DNA of 63,656 bases, counting the filler, from Reticulomyxa filosa (taxonomy: Eukaryota; Protista; Foraminifera): the NCBI GenBank assembly GCA_000512085.1. It is 16 parts of 16 records of this genome, joined end to end, with 100 filler letters (N's around TTAATTAATTAA, not from the genome) between each part and the next. Parts side by side here need not be neighbours in the genome. Positions count along the whole stretch, not along the records: positions 1 to 18,600 come from ASPP01003082.1; positions 18,701 to 21,677 come from ASPP01038925.1; positions 21,778 to 33,875 come from ASPP01023485.1; 13 more parts are not named here. One strand, given 5' to 3'. The position numbers were made by a program, and so were the translations under genes. The notes below the pieces were generated by a model. It was not told the origin of the DNA. It was given only the letters and a program-made list of their open reading frames with translations, and did not search any database. Shown here piece by piece: positions 11,170 through 22,021 of this stretch. Numbering within the stretch: position 1 is the first letter of the stretch; each line of letters opens with the position of its first letter.

Positions 11170-14100
11170 ATGCAAAACACAAGCAATTTACCCACCTATA
11201 ATTTCAGTGGTGATTTCTCCAACTTAGCGTTGGATCAGCTCTCAGGGCAAGGTTCTGCACGTCGTATTCGAACAGAGACTGACTACGCAACAGAGGCACA
11301 ATATTCTCAAAAATCATCAAATAATCATCAGTCTATCCACCAATCAGCTAATAGTGAGAGAATTCCTCGAGTTAATTTGCCCAATGAGTCCGCGTTGGAT
11401 ATGAGCAGACCATTGTCAGATCGTTTTGGAAAAAAGATGGTTCCAAAATTTTGGATGAGTAAACCTCACGCTTCAATTTTTTCTGCGTCAGGTTAAAAGT
11501 AGATTATTTTTAAAAAGAGTGTTGTAAAAAAAAAAAAAAGAAGTATGAGTGCAACATGGGAATTGAATATATAGGCATCGAAGCCATGTTGCAGCGCTTT
11601 GAAGGTGCAGAAAATGAAATAGGAAACATTGATGGGACCGATATTCCACGTTTAATTACGAGTCGAAAGCAATCAATGAACGGCAGCACTCCCACGACGA
11701 ATTCATCCAACAATCGTGTCATCAAAGATCGGCACGAAAGTTCAACTTTTCCGGTGCGCACCATTTCGGGCACGTATTTAAGCGCGGTTATGCAGCCAAC
11801 GGAAGTGTCCAACGAAGAATGGGAAGAGTCAGTCCGCATATGGGAAGCAGAAGGAGAGTGGGTCGAAGCTAGAGAGACTTTATCCGGTCGGATCATGTGG
11901 TACAATACAAAATCATTTCGCTTGGTATTTGACACAGCACCAGAAGGAGTCAAGCCCGTCACCGGCCAAATGGCCTCGAAGAGTGCTTTGGTAAACTATC
12001 TTCATGTACAACACATAACAGAAGATATTCTAATGCTTTTTTTTTTTAAAAAAATTGTCTAATATGCATATTAGGCAAGTATTTGACATTTCTTTTTTTA
12101 TTTAAAAAAAAAAAGGCAAGCAGTTTCGGACATGAAGAACACTTGGCAAATCGTCCAATTACGCCTTATGACGGTGAAGATGTAGTGGACGCATTGCTAA
12201 ACTTTGGAATGCATCAATGGGATTTTGACAACGATATGGTTGACGTCTATCGCTCAAAGGCGTCGCAACGAAATCACCAAGAACTGCTACCTGCACCGGA
12301 GCAGTATGCCTTTCCAGAGTACTTTAGTGAATCTCCTCTTCCAGAATTGCCTGGCAACCAATTCCTGGCAAAAATTCGATTGCCGGAAGAATTCGCCGCC
12401 CATCGCAGGTAAATGTGTCATATGGACCAGTAATAACACAACATGTATACGTAACATGTATGAGAGAAGGATTTCTTGTGTCACTCGACCATGCCAAAGT
12501 CATGGATACACGGGGATAAAACAAAAGCCCATTGACTTGATGTGAATGCTTTTTTTTTTTTTTTTTGGAAAAAAAAAAACAAACAAACATAGATACGTAA
12601 CAATTCGCATAAAAATGGATCACACGACAGCCCTGGACGCGATTCAACAAGGCGTGGAAAAGTTGGACGAGGCCTATCAAAAGGACGACGGTTCATTTGT
12701 GTTGAAGGTGGTCGGACAGGAGGAGTATATCTACGGTCGACGAAAAATAGTAGACTACGAGGCCGTTCGAAACTCGGTGAGGAATGAAGACGATGTCGAG
12801 TTCGTCTTGCTAAAGAGACCCGATTTCAAACAGCGCATTGAAGAGGAAAAGACGAAGCAACAACACTACACTAACATGTTCAAATCGGCGTATCCGCCCA
12901 AGGTCAACGAAAGCGGCTTCTTTTATGAAGACAAAGTGGCCGAAAAGATTATAAACGGCACGGGAGTGAACAATGGCAACGAATCCACCGCTTGCGACTT
13001 TTTGCCAGAGACAGCCATCAGCTTGTACGAATGCGATTGGAACTATCGCTTAAAAATCGAAGGATTAACAAACTGCTGTGCATTGCCAAGATTCGAAGAG
13101 GCGACAATGAAGTCTGTATATGTTGTCGCGGAGTTGTGGGTGGGTGATATGATGTTCGAGAGTGCCACATTGCAAACCGAAAACGCCACTGCGAAAAATG
13201 AAATTCGCTGGGGATCGTGGCTGTCATCGCGAAGCTTGACATTCAGCCAAATTCCGAGAGAGGCCATTTTGTGCTTCCAAGTAATGGGCGTAGGTGACAA
13301 TGGAGCACCCCGTTGCTTGGCCTGGTGTCGCATGCCATTGGTCGATCACAGACATCGCTTACGTCGAAGCAAGTATCTTTTGAATATGTGGGAAATCCCT
13401 TCATTCAAAGTGGAAAAAGATGGTCCCAAAACCGACCCTTATGCACCTCGAGCTTTTCGTTATCGTGGAGCAACGAGAGATAAACATGTGAAACATATCG
13501 ATCTGGATCAATGTCAAGTTATGTTCTACATTCAATTTGTATTTGAAGTGATACAAACAATGTCTTGTTTGATCTTTTGTGGATTGAACAGCTGTTGGTT
13601 GAATTTGATGAATTTGCCTTTGATGTGATCGCGCCCAAATATCCTCCGACCAATCAACAATACAATGAATCAATGGTAGGAAGTAAGCTGAAACGTCAAG
13701 AATTAAAAGCAGAAGACAAAGGCAAGATCAATGAAATTATTCAAAAAATCCATTGGAATCATTAACAATGGAAGAAAAGCAATTGATCTGGATGGCAAGA
13801 GATTTGTTGTGGCATGATCCAAGTGCGCTACCAGCTTTCTTACGCTCTGTGAATTGGACATCACGATTGCATATTGCCGAAGCTCATAAATATCTTAAGA
13901 CTTGGACCCAACCGCTGTTTTTTTCTGATGCATTGGAATTCTTGGATTACAGATATGCGGATATAACAGTTCGAGAAATGGCAATCAAATGGCTCGATGA
14001 AATGCATGACAGTGAATTGCAACAATATCTATTGCAATTAGTCCAATGTTTGAAATATGAAAGTCATCATGACAGCGCTTTATCTCGATTTTTAATTCGA

Positions 14101-15383
14101 CGTGGTCTAAGAAATCCATACCAAATTGGACATTATCTATTCTGGCATCTTAAGGCAGAATATCACGATTTGGAAGTCTGCGAGAGATTTGGTGTAATCA
14201 TGGAAGAATATTTGAAACATGCTGGTGAACACAGTCGACAATTGTTCATTCAATCGACAACATTGAAGCGATTTGAATTGATTGCCGAGAAAGTTTTCAA
14301 AGCGAAACACACACAACCTCCAGAGCAATGCAAGAAATTACTTCGAAAAGAACTTGGCAAATTAAACAAAGATTTACCAGATTTAATTCAGATTCCATTG
14401 AATCCTCGTTGGAGTGCTAAAAAAATCAAAATTGACAAATGTCGTTACATGGGAAGCAAAAAGTCCTTTGTGGATTGTCTTTGAAAACGCTGATCCATAT
14501 GCCCAAGATATCGTGGTTATGTTCAAATCCGGAGATGATTTGCGTCAAGACATGTTAACCATACAAATGTTGAGTGTAATGGACGAGATATGGCTGCGAA
14601 ATAAACTGGATTTACATTTAAAGCCATATAAAGTGTTGGCAACTGGAGTAAACAAAAAAGGTGAAGGAGTGGGTATGTTGGAAATTGTATTGAACAGTGA
14701 TACTATCAACACCATCAACGTAGAAAATGGAGGAGCCTTCAATGAAAAAACGATCAACAGCTATTTGCTTCAACACAACAAAGGCGAACATTTGAAAAAG
14801 GCAAGAGAAAATTTTGCTAGAAGCTGTGCAGGCTATTGTGTTGCAACATTTGTCATTGGAATTGGTGACAGACACAGTGATAACATTATGGTTACTAAAT
14901 CAGGACAATTTTTCCATATTGACTTTGGCCATTTCTTAGGTAAGTTAAAAAAGAAAAAAGTTACTTAGCCAAATCAAGATGTACAATGCCATGTTTGATA
15001 TTAATTTGTATAGGTAACTTTAAATCCAAATTTATGATAAAACGTGAGAGAAGTCCTTTTGTCTTTACACCTGCTATGAAATTTTCAATTGATGAAGGAC
15101 AAAAACAGTCGCCTGCGTATACTCAATTCTTAATATGGGTTGCTGAAGCATCAATGTTTTAAGAGCTCGCAATCGATTACTGTTATTACTTTTTGCGTTG
15201 ATGGTAAGTGCAGGTATGCCAGAGTTGATGCAGGAATCAGATATTCATTATCTCTTGAATATGTTAAACTTGCAATTTGATCAAAATCGTGCGACTGAAC
15301 ATATCCACAAGTTGGTAGCTGCGTCTTTGAAAGATCGTGCCCGTCTTGTCGACAATGCAATACATGCCGCTGTGCATCGCTAA
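11170..15383 (+). CDS. Class I phosphatidylinositol 3-kinase (N-terminal extension with WW-like domain, RBD, C2, helical, kinase)
   Basis: RBD FVLKVVGQEEYIYG; C2 IRWGSWL..IPREAILCF; helical ALEFLDYRYAD..VREMAI..YLLQLVQCLKYE; kinase FKSGDDLRQDMLT, SCAGYCVATFVIGIGDRHSDNIM, HIDFGHFLG, RERSPFVFT, SAGMPEL. Three apparent frameshifts at short runs (~13745, ~14460, ~15151). Confidence 0.93.
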
Positions 15384-16442
15384 GAGATTAAAGAAAACCG
15401 ATAAAAAACAACTGTTGTATGTTTCAGCTCTTTGTAAATTTTGTGAGCAATTGAGTGGGTTTTTTGCACTAATCTGGATTTTTTTCTTGTCGAAATGAAG
15501 TTGGTCAAATTTTTGTTTTTCAACAAGGTTAGTTTTTCTGATTAAGGGAAAAGTCACAACCGGCTAATTTTCAACGTATTCCTTGACGATATAATGTGCC
15601 ATAAAAAAGAAAAGAGAACCATGCCACATTCAAATATCTCTTCTGCCAACAGGATCTTAAAAAACATGTAAGTATCCCTTGGAGAAATTTATATAATATC
15701 TATAACTTTGATACTTTTAATACGTATTTAATATTAGTACTTTTTTCGGCAATTTCAAAACTTATCCTGAAATACTTTTCGGTATTGGAGCCAGAATAAA
15801 TAATCCTTTCTATTGGGCACTACAATATCCACTTTCATTTTAAGTTTTTGAAATTGATTTGTTATTATTTTTTGATGTTTGCTAATTGTTCATTTTTGTT
15901 TTGATCGTCTTTTTCTTCTGCAGTGTATTGCACTGAATTAAACGTATTTGAAATAATTAAAACTTTTGTCCTATTGTTACAATAATTGTATCTATAATTA
16001 GTGTTAATAGAGGAAAAATCTGAGGAATACATTGTTATTCATGATTACTGGGCCAACTTCTTGAATGTTTCGTTTGTATTAGAGTTAGTCAACACTTTGG
16101 CGATTTTGTAAGTGTGCCTTTTCCTTCGCAATAATCTTCAAAATACTTGACATTAACGAAGAAATTGGACAGTGTTTGCAATGCAATGATTCATCTTATC
16201 GTTTGTTCGTGAAAATGAAAAGTAATGTACACATATTTATTGTGCAATTCATGTAATAAATGTTGTTAGTTTTCAACACTGCAAAAAACTTTCAAAAAGT
16301 TGGTAGACTGAATGACTGAACTATTTTTTTTTTAACTGCCAATTGACCATCTTCAAAACCTTTGCTTATTGCCATCAAAAAAAGATAAAAGGCATTCAAT
16401 AAAATCAAAGTAGGGACAAGAGATAAAACGAGTTGAAGAAAG

Positions 16443-17636
16443 ATGAGGACACAAGAAATTTACTACGAACTTCAAAAAGTAGAAATGATGACCTGCTTCA
16501 AACACGCAGTGAACATGTATTTTCAGGATGAATACATTGGTGATGGATTTGTGAAACAATACACGGAATTATTAAAGAGACATTCAGATGAAATAAAGCT
16601 ATTGCAAGAAAAAGAAGGTGTGTTGGCGTTTTACGGCGACGTGCCGATTGAATCACTTCCAACAAAGCCAAGTGATTTTGTGCCCGAAAGCAATGATATT
16701 TTTCACAACGAAGATTTGAAAGGGTACTATGAACTGTATAAAAGTTCAGACCCAAATGAAATAGCAGAAAACTTAGTGAAGACAGATGTGTGTGAATTGA
16801 GTCCATTTGAAGCATTATTTCTGTTGCAATTTCAAATGAGGAAAAAAAAAATTCATTGATGCATAAGAATCATAATGACAATTCAAATGAGGAAAAATAC
16901 GATTACTTGGAATATATTCCACATCGGTTATACCACAGATATGCACACGGACAGGGCTTGGGAATTAAAGAAGAAAAAACAGATAATGAAACCAAGTCGG
17001 TCATAATTCAATTTGACAAACACGCGAGAAAACACGAATTTGAAAGTATCTTACGAGCAGATCCAAGTATCGAACGTGTGTATTTTGCATATTTGACCAA
17101 GAAACGAGCACATGCATATTGCGCCATTAAATTGGATACTTTCGAATACAATCGAATTATTCACACTTTATATGTATATATACTGTGGCTTTGCTTTGCT
17201 TTGCACATCATCTTTTACAGTGCTAGTCCAACACAATCCTATTTTCAATATCTTATCTTTTTGTTTTCATATGGCATTTTCACTTTGCTTTGCGCCTTGG
17301 TATATTTGCGGCCCAAGTTCCTAAGAGAATACCTGCCACCAGTGTATAAATGGGTATTTTGTTTTCTTTTAATCAAACAAACGAAAACAAACACACAAAC
17401 AAACAAACAAAAAGGATGATTTATTGCCCATGTTAAGAGCTGCTGTGCTTACTGGCAAACCCAATGGCCTTTATGACGACGGATATTGGGTTTTATTGGA
17501 CAGTCTCAAATCCAAGCCTATTTATAAAGGGAGCTTGGACGACTTGTTTGACGAAACAGAAATGGATGGACCATGTTATGCATCTGTGATGATTGCCCAA
17601 GATTGTGGTGGGAAAAGACTAATAAAAGTGTTGTAA
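16443..17636 (+). CDS. Hypothetical protein with two predicted TM helices near the C-terminus
   Basis: Three consecutive coding-like ORFs joined by an A-run frameshift (~16842-16851) and an intron (~17353-17414); hydrophobic segments IIHTLYVYILWLCFALHIIFY and YLIFLFSYGIFTLLCALVYL. Confidence 0.6.
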
Positions 17637-18600
17637 TGACCTTGTCAAAGAGGTAGTGCAAGATTCTAACTTTTTTTACCGGAACTTGAAAAGCACAATT
17701 TTTTTGTCACTCCTTGTTTTTCTTGTCCATTTTGAGTGAGGCAGACTTTGTTTATTTGGTTTTTTTGTTATGTTTGCTTGGATAATTCGCGTAACTCTGT
17801 AAACATCCATCATTGACAAATTTTAATCTTGGCATATTTTTGTGTTATCAAGAATCACTCTTTTTGTACTTCTGAATGTAGGTTAAGAAGGCCTCATTAC
17901 AAAATAAAAACAGTTCTAAACTTTTTATTCGGCCACAAATGCAACACGCTTATTTACTATTCAAGTCGCAAATGATACTGAATGAAGTCCCTGCTTCAAA
18001 TACGTATTGTTTTAGTTATTCAACAAAAACAAAGAAGAAAATAAATATCCAGGCATATTTCACCGTACTTGATATCAGTTGTTTTAAGAACAATTACAGC
18101 TACTGGTAATTGAAATATTGACTTATTTAATGGCAACTGACACATAGCATTGCTTACACAAAGAATTCTGAAGCATTAAAAAGCTGACATATGTTTGAAT
18201 AGATCATTGACTATTGATTGTATTGGTAATTGCATTCAAATTGAAAGTTATCATCAAAAGGAAATTAATGTGGTTGAATGACAAACAATTATTACACCAA
18301 AAATAATCAGAGTTTCGATTATTGCACAATAGACTAATTGTTATTAATATGGATGGTATTTGTAGTATATGATATCGTTTGGAGAAATGGATTAATATAT
18401 AAAATGAAAAATGATAATTAGATGAAAGATTATATTAATTTATCATTATATCTACTTGTAAGCGTGTATATAATGAAATTTATTCAGGATGAATAAAGTT
18501 AAACACTAGTGTTCAATAAGAATAAATATATTGAATATCAATATTTTATTGGATTGTACAGTAGATTGCAAAAAAACCGCCATACCTAAATGGCACTATA

Positions 18601-18700
18601 NNNNNNNNNNNNNNNNNNNNNNNNNNNNNNNNNNNNNNNNNNNNTTAATTAATTAANNNNNNNNNNNNNNNNNNNNNNNNNNNNNNNNNNNNNNNNNNNN
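18601..18700. other. Artificial contig-joining linker N44-TTAATTAATTAA-N44 (first of 15)
   Basis: Identical 100-nt spacer with stops in all six frames. It recurs at 21678, 33876, 35869, 37382, 38635, 41307, 43945, 50973, 52860, 54471, 57217, 59051, 60735 and 62086. Confidence 0.99.
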
Positions 18701-18736
18701 TTTTTTTTTTTTTTTTTTTTGTTAAAATAATGACAC

Positions 18737-19390
18737 CTGATATTGTCGAATTATTTGTTGTAATGAATCAAATGATTTGATAACCAAATCAAAATGTAAT
18801 TTCATATTTGATGTCAAGTGATCATGAATCGCAGATTTCAAACATGTGTGATTGCATCCAAATGAACCAAACCAACATTTAACTATTTGTAAAAAACAAG
18901 AATGTTCCAAATGATCATTCACATGTTTCACTTTTCCTTTGAAATCACAACTAACAATTCCATGTGTTTCTCCTTCTTCATGTCCTCGTTGTGTTGATAT
19001 TTGTAGTTGTTGTTGTTCTTGTTCTTGTTGAAATTGTCGTGGACATATCACATCCAATTCATTAATATATCGCTTCGCCAATCGACTTTGAGAATACGAA
19101 CAGTTGTCATGAGGTTCGATTGGACAAGAATTTGGGTTTTTACTAAGAAATTGCTTCAAGCAATTCTCTCCAACGACCAATGATTCGTCCATGTTTTTAT
19201 GTTGAGAGCAATCGATTTCCATTGGATTGTTGGCGACTTGTTTGCAAATCAAACAAATAAAATCGTGAATATCTTCCTGTTTGTTCAATTGTAAAATCCA
19301 ATTTTTGTCAAAGCAAGTCTGTTGTTCAGTAATTGACTTCAAGTCTAGTTTCACATTGTCTTTGCTTTTCTCTTCTTCCATCTTACTCAT
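18737..19390 (-). CDS. First exon of a RING + TRAF-type zinc-finger protein (TRAF-like family); truncated by contig end
   Basis: FICLICKQVANNPMEIDC..GENCLKQFL..CPI (divergent RING); INELDVICP..CDFKGKVKHVNDHLEHSC; VKCWFGSFGCNHTC..HL..H (zf-TRAF). GT donor after RQYQ at 18736. Confidence 0.85.
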
Positions 19391-20899
19391 TTTTTTTCTT
19401 TTAGTTCTTGGTTTCTTAAGTAGATGATGTAGAGGAATCGATTCTGGGGGTTTTTTTTTTGGAGTTTTTTTGAACTGGGGAAGTTTTGTTGTAGCCAACT
19501 CTAATTTTTTTTTGGTTCAAAAATTACAACAATTGAAAAAAATTTCATTTCAAAAATTGTTTTTTACTATTAAAATTAAGATAGCGTGTTCTAATTACTG
19601 AAATCATGTTAGAAAGTATATAAAACATTTATTGTCAAATATGAAACTTTATTTGTAACTTTCACACAAAAAAAGAATGTAACACATTTGTCCTTATTCA
19701 AACAGTTTTGTTTTCTTACTTGGCCGTTTCCTACAAAAAGGGGAAGACTTCAGGAGTCTTCAATTCAAGTTTCACTTGCAAAAAAGGACGAAAAGTAAAT
19801 GAACTTGCTTCCAGTACAACCTTTGAGTATTTTTCTTGTTCCGTCATTTAAAAACTGAAAAAGGAAATAGAAGAACTTTATAGGTTTTCTAGAAACGCAT
19901 ATTCAAGAGTATCTCGTATGCAAATGATAAATTCAAAAGGGGTTAAATATTTTAGATTATGCCAGGAAAATCAATTGCAGGAATTTTGTTGATTATTTTT
20001 TATCTTTTTTCTTCATGAATGGCACTTTGGAAAGTATCCAAGTTAATATTGATACTCCTTGTTGTAATATATTCCATGCAATAATTTTATTCTTTTTCGG
20101 CAATTTTTTAAAAAAAACAAAGGGAGATATACAATTCAAAGGATCTCTTATTTGATGTCTTAAAAAATTGCAACAAAATGAAGACAAAATAAATAGAAAT
20201 ATTCAAATAGGAAGCTTATACAATAAACATAACAACAATCTTTAATATTTAATTTTTCTTCTCTTGATTGTCGCAATTGTTTTTTTATTCGTTAATAATT
20301 TTGAAGATATTTATTTTCTTTTAATTGTGAGAATATATAATCAACATGTCAAGTTAGTTTAAATAATAAAGCAAAATCACAAGTAATGTAAAGTATTCAA
20401 AAGATAAAGAACATAAGTTTTATCCACTTCAGTATTTAAATCTTGAATGACAAAAAATCATTGAAACAAAAGGACATAAAAAAAAATGGAAAATAAAATT
20501 CCAAATAAACAAAAAACTTGTGATAGTCAGTGTAACACTTTTTTTATGATAGCTTCACTAAAGTGCAAACTCATGAAAAAAGAATAACAATTGATTTTAT
20601 TTATGCCCAAAGAAAGATATTCTCTCCTTGCAAAAATGATAAAAATAATGAATGCAATTATGCGAAGGACAATGTTAGAGTGATCTATGGAATGCAGTTA
20701 TCATCAAATGGTTTAGAGAATAACAAAATCAGAAGTCTTTGCTAAAATCACTTACCTAATTTTACATTCCATAAACACTATTTTATCATCAAATAAAAAT
20801 ACAGTCATTTGATCATGTAATAAATTTTCATAAAATAATATTGAAATGAATAAATTGGAAAAAGGAAATAAAATAAATTCAAAATAAACTTTATCTTTG

Positions 20900-21677
20900 A
20901 CTTTTATCAGATGATTCAGAACAAATGAATTGATCACCATCAAGTGTTGAATAGTCAATACTTCACACAATATCGATATGTTCAGTGAGTTTATTAAGTA
21001 ATTTATTTGGATGATGAATGAGACAAATCAAAAGCGACAGCTAATAATGACAAAGTAGAAGACTGATTTAATTTTTGAATGAATTGTTCATAGCCTTGAG
21101 TTAATTTTGGCATTCTCCTATTCCAATGATTTAACAACTTTTCGTGATTAGATAAGATTTGTCTTTCTTTATCAATGAAATCTTTTTTAATCAATATCTG
21201 CACGATACTTGAGTAATTCTTGTTGAGAACCTCTTTCCATTTGTTTGATTCGATTATCTTTCAATTGGATTTTTTATTTTATAATTGGAATAATTGAGTG
21301 ACTAAATCAAAATACAATTTCATACTTGCAATTAGATGATCTTTTAAATTGTTATTGAAGCATGTATGATTACAACAAAATGATTTGAATTAACAATGGA
21401 TGTAATTTAAAGGACACTAATTGATTAAATGAGCATTTAAATCTTTTAATTTCCATTTGAAATCACATGTAATCACTCCACCAGTGCAATTCTCAAGTTT
21501 TTCATGTTCACAATTTTGTTGAAAACAGCAAAAAAACAAAGAAATCGCAACACAAGATAAAGTAGAAAAGAAAATTGCATTATCAAAAACAACATTTTCT
21601 CCTGAAGCAAGATATGGACAATCCGTCATTCAGAAGAATGCAATCAGATAAAGAAATTCTTCAATGTCTCATGAATA
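20900..21677 (-). pseudogene. Decayed TRAF-zinc-finger / coiled-coil / WD40 paralogue
   Basis: CDFKWKLKDLNAHLIN*CPL..FKSFCCNHTCF..DHL..MKLYFDLV matches the 18737-19390 gene. It is followed by coiled-coil remnants and AFDLSHSSSK..EHIDIV*SIDYSTLDGDQFICSESSDK (WD40 start), with many stops and frameshifts. Confidence 0.75.
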
Positions 21678-22021
21678 NNNNNNNNNNNNNNNNNNNNNNN
21701 NNNNNNNNNNNNNNNNNNNNNTTAATTAATTAANNNNNNNNNNNNNNNNNNNNNNNNNNNNNNNNNNNNNNNNNNNNGACAAGGGTTTGTCGCGTTTAAA
21801 ATATCTCCCTTGTTGAATAGACGTGGACATGATTTTTTTCACACGGAAAACTTTGACTCTTTTCAGAAAAAACTTTGCAGAAGTGCAAAAACTGAGGATA
21901 AAAAACAAAAAAGGAAAACACGCTTGTTTATATTGTACGCAAGATAAAGAAAAAAAATTGACTGTAGTTAGGAGGTAGCCTTACAAAAAACTTGAACTTG
22001 GTCATCCGAAAAGCTCAAAAG

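Noticed and set aside
16831-16897. 16-bp direct repeat ttcaaatgaggaaaaa flanking the frameshift in the hypothetical gene
   Set aside because: It is short and A-rich. It could be a small duplication, but there is not enough to call a TSD or an element.
18601-18700. Recurrent TTAATTAATTAA motif flanked by Ns, superficially a regularly repeated element or CRISPR-like repeat
   Set aside because: It has an identical 44+12+44 structure every time and stops in all six frames; it is a synthetic contig linker.
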